From assembly GCA_963921275.4 (NCBI GenBank), contig OZ001293.3:4800001-4864000 (forward strand): a stretch of DNA of 64,000 nt, written 5' to 3'. Source of the stretch: an uncultured Hormoscilla sp. GTDB taxonomy: Bacteria; Cyanobacteriota; Cyanobacteriia; Cyanobacteriales; Desertifilaceae. Both the position numbers and the translations under genes were made by a program. The first letter of the stretch is position 1. Each line of letters starts with the position of its first letter. The notes beneath the pieces are model-generated. The model was given only the letters and a program-made list of their open reading frames with translations. It made no database searches and was not told where the DNA came from. Shown here piece by piece: positions 12,555 to 23,641 of the stretch.

Positions 12555-13508
12555 ATGAGTGCTGTTTTGGAAAATTCTCAAGAAGTCCTAATTAGGATAG
12601 AACAAATTGAAAACATCTGTGGACGAGATATAGGTAATGGTATAGAGCCGCTTGTGCAGGCTGCCAAGGAGGGGCTGCTAGGTGCATCTCGCTCCATCGC
12701 GGAACATCCATCACCCCACGTGGCCATTATGACAGGCTTTTTTGTTCCCCATGGAACTCCTCCGGCGGCAGAAACTGATGGACCCATAGGTTCCGCTCAC
12801 CTAGCAGCGGGACTTCAAAGAGCTGGAGTACCTGTACGTCTAGTTACCGATAATTTATGTCTTAACGCTGTCAAAAGCGCTGCTCGGGCAGCAGAGGTAT
12901 CAGCTCAAGTTCCTTGTGATGTCGTCCCTATAGATGCTGCTAGTGCAGAAGACCCCTCCGTTGCTTCTATTCTGAATTTATGGCAAAGTACCGAACCACC
13001 TGTTTCCCATGTTATTTCCATTGAAAGAGCTGGTCCGAGTTCTGATGGTTCTGTCCGAAATATGAAAGGAGATGATATCACCGCTCATACAGCTCCTTTG
13101 CATCTCCTCTTTACCCTCAGTGAAATTATATCCATCGGAATTGGTGATGCTGGCAATGAACTCGGTATGGGAACCCTTCCCTTAGGGCTAATTGCCAAAG
13201 GGGTTAGTACGGGAGAACGAATTGCCTGTAGTATTCCTTGTCATCACCTAATCGTTTGCGGTGTATCAAACTGGGGAGCAATGGGGTTACTAACTGCTCT
13301 TGCTTTGCTCCGACCTGACTGGAAATCTCAGTTAACTGAGGGATTAACTTTAGAGACTGATCGCCATATTTTGAATACTCTGGTCGATGAGGGACCAGCG
13401 GTAGATGGAGATACAGGAGTTCAAGCTCTTGCAGTTGATACTTTACCGTGGGAATATCATGGAAAAGTGTTTACAGAAATTTTAGAAGCAGCTGGTTTGA
13501 TTAAATAA
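12555..13508 (+). CDS. D-glutamate cyclase family protein (DUF4392-like)
   Basis: TGF..., ETDGPIG, ISIERAG, IGIGDAGNELGMG and GVSNWGA motifs; starts 6 nt after the ectB-like stop. Confidence 0.8.
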   Translation: MSAVLENSQEVLIRIEQIENICGRDIGNGIEPLVQAAKEGLLGASRSIAEHPSPHVAIMTGFFVPHGTPPAAETDGPIGSAHLAAGLQRAGVPVRLVTDNLCLNAVKSAARAAEVSAQVPCDVVPIDAASAEDPSVASILNLWQSTEPPVSHVISIERAGPSSDGSVRNMKGDDITAHTAPLHLLFTLSEIISIGIGDAGNELGMGTLPLGLIAKGVSTGERIACSIPCHHLIVCGVSNWGAMGLLTALALLRPDWKSQLTEGLTLETDRHILNTLVDEGPAVDGDTGVQALAVDTLPWEYHGKVFTEILEAAGLIK

Positions 13509-13540
13509 GTATGGCTATCCTATTGTGACAGTCAGTTTGA

Positions 13541-13646
13541 TATAGCGAGCCTAAATCTATGGTGTAAGCATTATGGGCTTGCTGAAACCCTTGCAGGTTA
13601 AATATTTCAGCAAGCCCATATCTCTCAACTATTTAGCGTCGCTATA
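13541..13646. mobile_element. Small MITE-like element with an internal hairpin; overlaps the stop codon of the second aminotransferase
   Basis: Imperfect inverted ends TATAGCGAGCCTAAAT / ATTTAGCGTCGCTATA; internal TATGGGCTTGCTGAAA...TTTCAGCAAGCCCATA. Confidence 0.6.
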
Positions 13647-14889
13647 GTACAACACCGATGCTTTCCTCCAAAATATCTAATGCTCGTATCAAAGTGTCGG
13701 GCTCGATAGTTAGTGTAGGCTGAAGATTAATGACTTCTTTGTTTACTCCCATAGGTTCAAAGATCAAACCCCGTTTGAAAGCCTCATTACTAACTTTTTT
13801 AGCCAGTCCCGGTGGTTTGCAGGCGATTCCTTGAATCAAACCCAGTCCTCGGTGTTCGCCGCCGATTTCTGGATAATGAGCGATCGTGTCTTGGAGTCGC
13901 TTGCCCACCAGCTCACCTTTGTCAGCTATTTCCTGGGAAAAAGCATCCGTCTCCCAGTACTCGTCGAGAGCAGCAGTGGCTGTAACAAAGGCGAGATTGT
14001 TGCCCCGGAAGGTACCGCTGTGTTCTCCTGGTTTCCAGCAGTCTAAGTCTGGTCGAATCAGCACTACAGCCATCGGTGTTCCATAGCCGCTTAAAGATTT
14101 AGCTAGACAAACTAGATCGGGTTTGAACCCCGCCCGCTCAAAGCTAAAGAAAGGTCCAGTTCGACCACACCCCACTTTGATGTCATCAACAATTAGCAAA
14201 ATCTCTCGCTCTTGAGTTATCTGAGCAAGGCGGTTGAGCCAAGAAACACTAGCAACATTAATTCCTCCCTCAGATTGAACGGTTTCTAAGATAACTGCTG
14301 CCGGTTTTTCCTGATTCAGACTCAAGTCATCGAGCAGTTTTTCCAAGTCATCAAGACTGTCATCTTTTGTAGCAGGTTTACCCTCGAACGGGACAGTTAA
14401 GACGTTGGTGAGGGGAATGCCGGCTGCCTTTTGATAGACCGGATTAGCTGTAACAGCTAGAGCACCTAAAGTATGACCGTGGTAGCCTTTGGTGAAACAG
14501 ATGACGGTTTTTCGACCAGTAACTTTACGTGCAAGCTTCAAAGCAGCCTCCGCAGAGTTGGTTCCCGTAGGACCGGTAAACATCACCTTATAGTTGAGTC
14601 CTCGCGGCATTAAGATTACTTCCTCGAAACGTTCGAGAAACTTCTGCTTGGCAACGGTGAACATATCGAGGCTGTGAGTGATGGCATCTGACTCAATGTA
14701 TTCGAGGAGACGCTTTTTGAGTTTGGGGTTATTATGTCCGTAGTTGAGGGCACCGGCACCTGCCAAGAAGTCTATGTAGGTGCGCCCATTCTCATCAATC
14801 AAGTTATCTCCCACTGCCTTAGTAAAGACTGTGGGAAATAATCGACAGTAGCTTCGGACTTCGGACTCCAGCCTAGTGAAAATGCTCAT
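13642..14889 (-). CDS. ectB: Second EctB-like class III aminotransferase
   Basis: ESEVRSYCR, NYGHNN, GPTGTNSAEAALK, AKS and PGEHSGTFRGNN motifs; DDIK in place of DDIQ. Confidence 0.85.
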   Translation of the reverse strand: MSIFTRLESEVRSYCRLFPTVFTKAVGDNLIDENGRTYIDFLAGAGALNYGHNNPKLKKRLLEYIESDAITHSLDMFTVAKQKFLERFEEVILMPRGLNYKVMFTGPTGTNSAEAALKLARKVTGRKTVICFTKGYHGHTLGALAVTANPVYQKAAGIPLTNVLTVPFEGKPATKDDSLDDLEKLLDDLSLNQEKPAAVILETVQSEGGINVASVSWLNRLAQITQEREILLIVDDIKVGCGRTGPFFSFERAGFKPDLVCLAKSLSGYGTPMAVVLIRPDLDCWKPGEHSGTFRGNNLAFVTATAALDEYWETDAFSQEIADKGELVGKRLQDTIAHYPEIGGEHRGLGLIQGIACKPPGLAKKVSNEAFKRGLIFEPMGVNKEVINLQPTLTIEPDTLIRALDILEESIGVVL

Positions 14890-15231
14890 GTTCTCAACCT
14901 TTCCTTTTGTTAGTGTCTTCAAATTATAAATGGAAGCGTACCCCCCACCGCAACACTGTCCCCGAGTTGCTCGGAGAGTGCATCAATAAAGCGAAGAAAA
15001 GTTTGTACTACCCCGAGGAGCGTACTTAACGAGGCCCAGAAACCAGTATATTATATCCCGCATTCGGCAGGGAGCTTTCTAATCTCAAAAAAAATTGAGA
15101 TTAGAGAGCTTGAAACCCTTCTGTAGCAAGGCATTGCTTGGATATGGGCCCAACTTGACCCTCGCCTAACCGGAAAATTGTCCAAAGTATTGTTAGGATG
15201 AATAGCAGAAATTCAATCAGCAGAGGAAACC

Positions 15232-16080
15232 ATGAAACAAAGTAGCTTTACGGAAGCTGACACCGAGGCATTGTTCGACGATCGCGAACGAGACAAACGT
15301 TTTCGCAGTTTCTGGGATCCAGAAGGCAGTCTCCACTGGGGCTATTTCGAGAACTTAGCCTCGGCTCGGGCGTCCGACTTCGTCCCAGCCTGCAAGCGCT
15401 GGGATGAATATATGCTCGAACAGAGCGGTATTACTGCCGAATCCCGGGTGCTAGAAGTAGCCTGTGGAAATGGCAACGCTGCTATCTGGCTAGCTCAGCA
15501 GACAGGATGCGAGGTGGTAGGAGTAGATCTCAGTAGCAATTATATCGAGAATGCTCGAGGGAAGGCTAGTAATTTCCCGTCTCTGCGGGTGAGCTTCCAC
15601 AAGGAATCAGCCACTAATCTACCTTTCGAGAATGGCGCCTTTACCCATGCCTGGAGTCAAGGCGCTCTTTACCATATCCACGAGCTGGAAAAGGCTCTGG
15701 CGGAGGTTCATCGCGTCCTAGGAGAAGGAGGCATCTTCCTGTTTGATGACTTGGTAACACCAGTAGAGGAAGTCAGCGAGACCACCCGCAAGTACGTCTA
15801 CGAGCGACTGCTGTTTGAACCGACATTTAGTCCTGAAGTCTACGCAGAAAAGCTGCGATCGCTAGGATTTACAGTGTTGCAGCTAAAGGATTTGAGCGAA
15901 CACCTGAAAAAGAGCTACGAACTGGTGTCCGAGCTGGCTCGGGAGCGCTATCAGGATTTAAGCTTTGCCTTTGAGAAAACCCAGGAGGTGATCGCCGCTC
16001 GCGAACTAGGCTGGTGCTTCTACCTCTGTGAAAAGGTGAAAAGCTCAAAGGTTAGCGATCTCTTATCAGGTAAGCGGTAG
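15232..16080 (+). CDS. SAM-dependent methyltransferase, sarcosine/dimethylglycine N-methyltransferase-like
   Basis: LHWGYF, VLEVACGNG, GVDLS and WSQGALYHI motifs. Confidence 0.75.
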   Translation: MKQSSFTEADTEALFDDRERDKRFRSFWDPEGSLHWGYFENLASARASDFVPACKRWDEYMLEQSGITAESRVLEVACGNGNAAIWLAQQTGCEVVGVDLSSNYIENARGKASNFPSLRVSFHKESATNLPFENGAFTHAWSQGALYHIHELEKALAEVHRVLGEGGIFLFDDLVTPVEEVSETTRKYVYERLLFEPTFSPEVYAEKLRSLGFTVLQLKDLSEHLKKSYELVSELARERYQDLSFAFEKTQEVIAARELGWCFYLCEKVKSSKVSDLLSGKR

Positions 16081-16093
16081 TCTACTTAATTTC

Positions 16094-16281
16094 GGCTCTT
16101 CGGTACTTGGTTGGCAATTTTCCGGCTCGAAAATACCCGAAAGCCTTGCTATGTAAGGATTTGGTGACTTGCTATACCCAATAATTACCTCAAAAGAGCA
16201 GTTGATCGTCTCAAAGCCTTGCTGCGCAAGGCTTACAGCCCTTATGGGTTGCCCAAATACCATACTAAGTACCGAAGAGCC
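16094..16281. mobile_element. ISL3-type MITE, 188 bp
   Basis: Perfect 15-bp inverted repeat GGCTCTTCGGTACTT / AAGTACCGAAGAGCC with the 8-bp target duplication TTAATTTC. Confidence 0.85.
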
Positions 16282-16351
16282 TTAATTTCTGAATTCAACG
16301 TATGATGTTGGCGTTGCATATTTTCGGGATGAAAGTTTGTCAGTAAGGACT

Positions 16352-17180
16352 TATGTTAGTGTATATCTGCCTAGGTTCGATTGGGAAGTGGCGAAGTTCT
16401 CAGATTACATTCAACCTGGAGAAACACCGAAATCTGTCAGAATTGCCATTGGCGTGAATTTAGATGGTAAACTCGTGGAAGCAGATCTATCCGATCCAAA
16501 TACCTGTCACTTTTTGGTGGGAGGGACCACCGGAAGTGGCAAAAGTGAGTTCTTGCGATCGCTTCTCCTCAGTCTGCTAGTTCGCCACTCTCCCGATTTT
16601 TCCGGCACGGTACATCTGAAAATCGCCCTAGTTGACCCCAAGCGGGTAACTTTTCCCGAGTTTGAACAGATGCCCTGGTTGTATTCACCGGTGGTCAAAG
16701 ACCCAGATCGGGCGATCGAACTAATGGCAGAATTAGTGGCAGAAATGGAATCCCGTTATCAGCTATTTGAATCAGCAAGCTGTGCTGATATTAATGCCTA
16801 TAACCTCAAATCTGTCAAGCAATTGCCCCGGATAGTCTGTATCTTTGATGAATATGCCGACTTCATGGCCGAAAAGGAAAGTCGCACCGAGTTAGAACAA
16901 AGCATCAAGCGCTTAGGGGCCATGGCACGTGCTGCTGGCATTCATCTGATCGTTGCTACCCAACGCCCTGAAGCTAAAGTTGTTACCCCGATCGTCCGTT
17001 CTAACTTACCAGGGCGAGTGGCACTCCGCACCGCTAGCGAAGCAGATTCAGTTATTATTTTAGGTGGCAAGCAAACAGCAGCCGCATACCTGTTGGGGAA
17101 AGGCGATCTACTTTATTAAGTCGGTTCTCAGTTGGAAAGATTACAGAGTTTGTTAACTGAAAATATTGATTTATATTTGG
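16352..17180 (+). pseudogene. FtsK domain, copy 2 (5'-truncated duplicate of 7924-8738, with a 15-nt insertion and a premature TAA)
   Basis: Near-identical DNA to copy 1; insertion TTTTTCCGGCACGGT near 16597; CAA>TAA at 17117. Confidence 0.88.
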
Positions 17181-17302
17181 ACAAATAAAAATCACTGGAA
17201 GTCTGATTTTTTCAGAATGTATGTGTACGGCATCATCGGCGCGATCGCAAATTTTATGTAGGGGCACGGCATCGGCAAATTATCGGTTAACATGATTATG
17301 TA

Positions 17303-18299
17303 GTGCGACTCGTTTCGGCCTAACCTGTACAAACACGGAAAAGCCGAGCCAAAATTGGACTGAATGTTTAGAACCAAAACTAATCATAATCAGGCTCAAT
17401 ATGGTAACTCTGGTCATCATGGGGGTTAAATTCCCTCTCCCCAGGTGTGGGGGTGACACCGGTCCTTAGTGCTGCGGAGTGACATCACCGTGGTGCGGAG
17501 CAAGGACTTAAATGTAGGATAGCTGACAGCCCAAAGTCGGCAACTCCGCTAGGAAAGATGCTCATGGTTAGGAAAACGAATCTGTGAAAGCCTCGTTATG
17601 TGTAACCAGCGGAAGAAGGCTTACACGCTGGCCTAAAAAGGAAATGGTAGCTAGTGTTGGCTGTTGCATATGGCCAACATCACACTCAAAGTAGCTCCCG
17701 GGGTAAAGCAGGGACCTAAAAACATCGTGAAATGATACCAGGGAACGAAGTAACTCCACGTGTGCTGTCCATAACTACTCGACTATCGACCGGTGGTCAG
17801 GAGATAGGGACCAGTTAGATGATAAGCGTAAGCCATGTGGAGAGAGATGGCCCAAGAAGCAAAGGACAGGGGTAACTCCTTGTATAAGTGGTGCAGGAAT
17901 GTACCGGCAGACGTGGGTCGGATATAGTTGGAAATCTTGGGTGGAAGTATCCCTAATACGTACCAAAAATCAGGAGAAATCCTAGATTGTAATATGGACT
18001 AAAACTCTAGCCGGGTAAAACTTGAAAAGTCCCCTAATGACGAGACAGGGGCAATGTTAGCAAAGAGCGGTATAAGTGGTTTCCTGGATACCCCCCGCGA
18101 ACCTTCCGGAGCTAGATACGAAACAGTCCTATCGACTACCATAAAGGGGAAAAACTGCATAAGAAGAGGGACAAAGGGAGCAATCCCCAGTAATCCTGCC
18201 AATGACAAGGTCCAACTAACCAGTAGCCGTGTGCGATGAAAACCGCATGCACGGTTCGAAAGGGAGGGTTGGGAAGCGATTCCCAGCTCGACCCCTAAT
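17303..18299 (+). mobile_element. ORF-less group II intron, 997 nt, inserted into a REP element
   Basis: 5' GTGCGACTCG; DV AGCCGTGTGCGATGAAAACCGCATGCACGGTTC at 18225; ends CTCGACCCCTAAT; EBS1 TGCATA (17665-17670) pairs with upstream TATGTA. Confidence 0.93.
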
Positions 18300-18624
18300 A
18301 CAGTCGCCGTGCCCGGGCACAACCCGATCGCATCTGGGTGGGGTCCGGGCACTGCATCCGAAAATTATTGGTTCATATTCTGATGTTTTGGAAGCTAAAC
18401 CTACATCTATCATATGCCGTGCCCTCGACCACCCGCTTAAGGCGATCGCATTATGTCGGGGCACAGGGTCGCGCGTGTCCATAACATTGGGGTCGCGCCG
18501 AGGCACAAAATATTACATTAGAATTGACCCCGATCGCTTAATAGCCAAAAGTTCCAAGTGACCGCTGTACCTCACCCTTAGTGAAAAAGGCTATAATAGA
18601 ATAAATAACGTAGGGAAAAGAGAT

Positions 18625-19407
18625 ATGTCTCAAGTAGTAGAAGCACCTGCGAAGACAATGACATTTGAGGAATATCGGTTCTACCAGGGAGAACCGGATG
18701 TCCTGTACGAACTATTCCGAGGACGTTTGATACCAATGGCAACACCAACATCACTACATACCAGAATCTGTGATTATATCGCTTATATCCTCAAGCGTCA
18801 CTTTGCCAGTCAAAAAATAGCCTTAGTTCCGACAATTGTCACTGGGGTCAGAACAGAAGTAGATGCATCCAGAATTCCAGATGTCGTAGTTTGCTCAGAA
18901 GATGTCTGGTTGCAATCGTGCAACCGCGCGGGTGCAGGTATACTTGACTTTGGGGAATTGCCCACTCTAGTAGTGGAAGTAACCAGTGAGAACTGGCGAG
19001 AAGACTATATTCGCAAACGGGCTGAATATGCCTCGCTCGAAATTCCCGAATATTGGATAATAGATCCCAATAAAGAACAAGTATGGATTTTGAGTAATCC
19101 TGAAAGTCACCCTGGTTACGCTCAGGTAGAATATACAAGAGGGCAATCTTTCAATTGTGTCCAGTTTCCGGAACTGGTTCTATCAGTGGATACAGTCCTT
19201 TGGCCTCCGCTGGTGCAAGATTTGATTGCTGAAGAGCTTGAGCAACTGCGACAGGAAAAAGAACGGGCCTCCCAAGCGCAAGAACAGGCCGAGCAAGAAA
19301 AAGAGCGGGCCGAACGGGAAAAAGAACGAGCAGATCGGGAAAAAGAACGGGCAGATCAGTTGGCTGCTAAATTAATAGAAATGGGATTAGATCCTAATAC
19401 GCTCTAG
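18625..19407 (+). CDS. Uma2 family endonuclease (DUF820) with a coiled-coil tail
   Basis: RIPDVVV, LVVEVTS and KRAEYA..IPEYWIIDP motifs. Confidence 0.88.
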   Translation: MSQVVEAPAKTMTFEEYRFYQGEPDVLYELFRGRLIPMATPTSLHTRICDYIAYILKRHFASQKIALVPTIVTGVRTEVDASRIPDVVVCSEDVWLQSCNRAGAGILDFGELPTLVVEVTSENWREDYIRKRAEYASLEIPEYWIIDPNKEQVWILSNPESHPGYAQVEYTRGQSFNCVQFPELVLSVDTVLWPPLVQDLIAEELEQLRQEKERASQAQEQAEQEKERAEREKERADREKERADQLAAKLIEMGLDPNTL

Positions 19408-19483
19408 AGCTTCGGTTGGGGACATCTCACTTTTGTAGCGGGGATCTTTACCGGTAGCCGAGAAACCAGGTGGATGGGAAAAA

Positions 19484-19546
19484 CCGGGGCACGGCGATAT
19501 TACATTGATAAGATTTACCGATAATCTATTGATGCCGTGCCCTTAC
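19484..19546 (-). repeat. Intact GTA(A/G)GGGCACGGC...GCCGTGCCC REP element, cognate of the intron-2 target
   Basis: Reverse complement aligns with 17258-17302 joined to 18300-18316, with the same 35-nt interior length. Confidence 0.8.
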
Positions 19547-19644
19547 ATTTCCTTTGCTCACCCATACCATCTGCCGTCGCGCCTGGGCAGGTAAGCGGTA
19601 GTATTGTAATTGTAGATATATAATTCACAAATCAAACAGTACCG

Positions 19645-19971
19645 ATGACAGTCAAAGAATTAGAAACACAGCTACTTGCCTTAACATCTGCGGAGAAAGC
19701 TGAAGTTATCCAGATATTAGCTCGTAGTATCAACAACAGATGGCGTGAGATTAGCAAAACACCTGGTGTCTGCGGTGGCGATGCCTGCATCACCGGAACT
19801 CGCATTCCCGTTTGGGTACTGGTAAACGCCAGAAATTTAGGCATCAGCGAATCTCAACTTCTCTATGACTATCCGACTCTGAGTGCTACTGACTTAACAA
19901 ATGCTTGGGTTTATGCTGAGGCAAATCATCTTGAAATTGAAACCGCAATCCGAGATAATGAGGAAGATTAA
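19645..19971 (+). CDS. DUF433 family putative antitoxin
   Basis: TPGVCGGDACITGTRIPVW motif. Confidence 0.88.
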   Translation: MTVKELETQLLALTSAEKAEVIQILARSINNRWREISKTPGVCGGDACITGTRIPVWVLVNARNLGISESQLLYDYPTLSATDLTNAWVYAEANHLEIETAIRDNEED

Positions 19972-20055
19972 ATGGCACGTCTCTATGCAGATGCACAATT
20001 TCTCGATTCTTCTGTGTTGATACTACGTTACACGCGAATGGGGCAGGAGAATTAG
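19972..20055 (+). pseudogene. Truncated DUF5615/PIN-like toxin (5' stub)
   Basis: MARLYADAQF... immediately after DUF433; stops after 27 codons. Confidence 0.6.
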
Positions 20056-20068
20056 AGGCAACTTTGAC

Positions 20069-21931
20069 TTAGCTGCTTATTGTATTGAAGAGTCTGTTGC
20101 CTGTATCAGTGGCGCCCTTTCCCACATATTTATTAGCAGAAACTCTAAGCGCATAAAAGTCAATTTCACGATACTGGTCTGCCAATTTGGTAGCATGTTG
20201 TTGCATAACAAGTGTTGCTACAACAATTTTTGCAGGATTTTGTGACTTTATTTCCGTCACAACTCGCTCGATACTTTTGCCAGTGTTAATTACTGAGTCG
20301 GCCACGATTATGATTTTGCCGTTCAAATTTTGCACTAAGTCTTCTGGGCTACTATACAAAATAAAGCCTCCGTTTGAGAACACACTGCGTATGCCTTCAG
20401 CGGCATAAAGTCCTGCACGCATCATCGAAACAATCACAAAATCGTCTTTTTGCGCTAACTCAACACCTTGTCTGATGCCTTGCACGTGGCGGATCGATAT
20501 TTCAGTGACTGGAAAGTCTTCAAGCATTTTGTACGCGAGTAGTTTTCCCATTTCAAAGTGCACATTGCATAGCTCTATCGAACTCAAATCTGCTTATCGC
20601 GATTTGGTTGCAAGTAGTTGCACGGCAATTTCTGTGCTGAAACTTTTGATACTCATAGGGAAAATATTTTGTCAGCGACTTTGGTTAGGCTAGTAGTTGG
20701 AATCTCAGAATGCTCGAAAGCAGAAAATGAGATTTGCTGCAGATTTGTGATGTTGGAGATAAACGGAATGATGTCCCGGTTTTGTTTTTCATTGACTATT
20801 AGGTGTGGGTGATGGGCTTCAGTTAGCATATCCAAGTCAACCAGCGAATCACCAAAAGCAAAAACCTCTTTGCCCGCCGACAGCAGTGTTTGCGCTACTA
20901 TTCCTTTTCCTGCTTTGTCAACAACATAGTTGTCCAGTTCCAGACAAGTCCCCGCAATAAGGTGAACGTCATGCAAGGAATGCTTTTGCAGTAAGAGCTC
21001 CCAGCTTCGTTTTATTCCAGATGTAATAACAACTAACTCCACATTATACTTAACCTGATTTAAAAAGTTCAAAAACTCTGGGTAGATATTGACCGCATTT
21101 GCAGAGCTGATGCACCCCGCTTCGTACTGGTCTGGTTCAAGTGCGGAATATAATTTGGCCGCTTCTAGAAATGCTTGGAAGCTATATTCGTGAGTTTTGA
21201 AAATAGTCTTGAAATTACGAAAATTCAGATCGAGTGAGCGAAAGAAATGCCGTGTACTGTCTGTTGGAATCAGTGTACGGTCGCCATCAATGATTGCATA
21301 CGTTTTCTTGCTGCTACTGCGCAGAATGCTTTACGTGCGTGAAGTAATTCGTTCAATATTTGTTAGATTCGTTAACATTGGTCGGAGCAACGTATTTGCA
21401 GATAAACTGGACAGCCGAATTGAGGTCGTCATTTTCGAGAATGGTTAGCACGGATCCATTTGATAAGCAGAACTTTTTTAATGCGGCCATTTCATGCTCT
21501 ATCCAGCTTTGCAGAATTTCTACCTCACGGCTTCGTGGTCGTGCAGTGTCATTTATTAGCCTACGATGAATGATAGTTGCTGGTAGATTCAAGTAGATGT
21601 AATCCGTATAAAATTCTGCATCTTGGCGTGTCATTGCATTTTCGAATCCGCCATTGTCACTTAGAAATGCCAGATGGGCATCAATGATGACATGTTTGTT
21701 TTGCTCATGCTGAATCTGTACTGCATTCAAAATTGCCTGTTCACGGAAATGGTATTTTTGGCGATCAGATAAGCACTTAAACTCAGGCAAAGACATGTTG
21801 GCAGCCTGCAATACCATGTCAGAGCCTTGCAACCAAACCACTTCACTAGTTGCCGCAACGACAGCCTTTAGGATAGTGGTCTTTCCTGTCCCACTTACTC
21901 CATACAACCCGATTCTTTTAAGAAATTTCAT
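20069..21931 (-). pseudogene. Fragmented tri-domain gene: nucleotide-kinase-like P-loop + HAD hydrolase + uracil phosphoribosyltransferase-like domain
   Basis: GLYGVSGTGKTT; IIDGDRTL...FGDSLVDLDML; MMRAG, VADSVINTGKS and DTGNRLFNT; frameshifts near 21370 and 20650, nonsense codon near 21331. Confidence 0.75.
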
Positions 21932-21965
21932 TGATCTGTCTCTTCAAGAATTTACCGGTGCCCCA

Positions 21966-22130
21966 CTGTTGGGGTTTTAAACCTTGACTTTGGGGTTTTA
22001 AACCTTGACTTTGGGGTTTTAAATCTCTCTGTTGGGGTTTTAAATCTTGACTTTGGGGTTTTCAACCTTTCTGTTGGGGTTTTCAACCTCTCCGTCGGGG
22101 TTTTCCAACTTTTCTGTTGGGGTTGAAAAC
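21966..22130. repeat. 21-bp tandem array A (~8 units, e.g. ACTTTGGGGTTTTAAACCTTG)
   Basis: Seen directly. Confidence 0.9.
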
Positions 22131-22559
22131 GGGTGTGGTCTTGCGGCCGTTGGTAACCGTTCACCGTTCCCTGTTTGCCGTTCGCCGTTCCCTGGGAGGG
22201 AGTTCCCCGTTTCCTGTTCCCCGTTCGACGTTAGTTCGACCTTAAGAGTTCCCCACTAAATACAACTACTTTTGACCACACCCGTGGTTCCCTGCCAGAG
22301 TCAGGGAACCAGAAAAAAGCTCAAGCCCACAAAGCGTGGACTAAACACTTTCTCGGTTTTCAACCGACTTTAGCTATTAGCCGGGGTAAGCGAACCCCGG
22401 CGGGCCTTAAGCTATGACGCGGGGGTAGAGGCTATTGATGCTGCTGAGACTTTGGCTGGCCAACTGATTCGAGTCTATAAATCGCCCAATACTTCTCTGG
22501 TGAAAGGGAGGGAGTAAAGAAGGGCGATCGCATGTGGAAAGAGGCGATCGCACCTCAAA

Positions 22560-22895
22560 TTAACAAACTGCAAAATCTGTTAACTCGCGCGTTTCTGGGT
22601 GATAAAATCCTAAAACAATGTTTTCTTTTGGCACTCCTGCTGCCAACAATTCTCCTGCCATACCATCTGCACTTCCGTCGCGATGAATCCAAATTTTATC
22701 GCCTCTAATTTCCAGATGAATTATGCAACCATGAACCATTTTATTACCATCTATTCCCACAATCATTAATAAATATTGGTTCTGTTCTCGGTCGAAAACC
22801 GTTTGTCTTTCTACTTGCCCATGGGAATAGCGCAATTGAGCATAATCGCTGATTATTTTCTCAATTATTTGTTGATATTTACTGATGGTATCCAT
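22560..22895 (-). CDS. xisI: XisI family protein
   Basis: HGCIIHLEI.GDKIWI..DG and GVPKENIVLGF motifs. Confidence 0.88.
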   Translation of the reverse strand: MDTISKYQQIIEKIISDYAQLRYSHGQVERQTVFDREQNQYLLMIVGIDGNKMVHGCIIHLEIRGDKIWIHRDGSADGMAGELLAAGVPKENIVLGFYHPETRELTDFAVC

Positions 22896-23299
22896 TGGAC
22901 AATTATCTCCTCTGATTTGTTGAAAACTACTAAGTTGAAGCGGTGGTTTTCTAGCATTAGTTTGCCGATGGGTTCGCTTAATATTCCATCATAATGTTTT
23001 TCATCTACTGCTAAATAGAGAACTCTTTCTGGGTCTATTTTATTGAGTACGTCATGGTAAACGATATACTGACCGACAGCATTTTCTAGGTCGTTCATTC
23101 GGGAAGAGCCTCTAAAACTTTTCAGTTCTACTGCTATTTTCACCTCTTCTTTTTCCGCTGCCAGAAGTAAAGAAGCACCCAAATCGACATACATATCCCT
23201 GGAACCCCACCGCATAAAGTAAGGGTCGGAGGTTATGTTCCAGTTATCTTTTACCAGAGCGTTGATTAAATTGGCATGGTAAGTGTCTCTAGCTGGCAT
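22865..23299 (-). CDS. xisH: XisH family protein
   Basis: MPARD.YH...ALVKD.W.IT.DP, DLGA, IAVELKSF and AVGQY motifs. Confidence 0.88.
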   Translation of the reverse strand: MPARDTYHANLINALVKDNWNITSDPYFMRWGSRDMYVDLGASLLLAAEKEEVKIAVELKSFRGSSRMNDLENAVGQYIVYHDVLNKIDPERVLYLAVDEKHYDGILSEPIGKLMLENHRFNLVVFNKSEEIIVQWIPSVNINK

Positions 23300-23641
23300 G
23301 AGGCAAAATCAAGGGTAGTTTTTGGATATTGTAGCAGGGTGGGTCTCAATTGTGCAAATTTTTCATCTGGTTGGATTTGGGGGGGGTGGTTTGGGGAAGG
23401 AGCGATCGCTCTACCGGTAACTGCATTTGTAGGGCGATCGCTCCTCGGAATTTCCGAATGGTACAAGTTCTCAGTTTTAACCTACTTTAGAGAGAACGCG
23501 AAACTCAAGTGGGCGTTGGGTTGAGGCACCAAACCCAACCTACAGATAATCCAATTTTTATGGTTTCATGATATCAGTGGGTTTTAACCCACTTTAGCTA
23601 TTAGCCGGGGGTTTTAACCCCCGGCGGGCCAGGAGACCAAT

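Noticed and set aside
17568..18561. Short ORFs in and around intron 2 as an intron-encoded protein
   Set aside because: No RT motifs (no YADD); they overlap structured RNA domains
22560..23299. fdxN excision element
   Set aside because: XisH/XisI pairs are widely dispersed in cyanobacteria; no XisF recombinase or interrupted fdxN here
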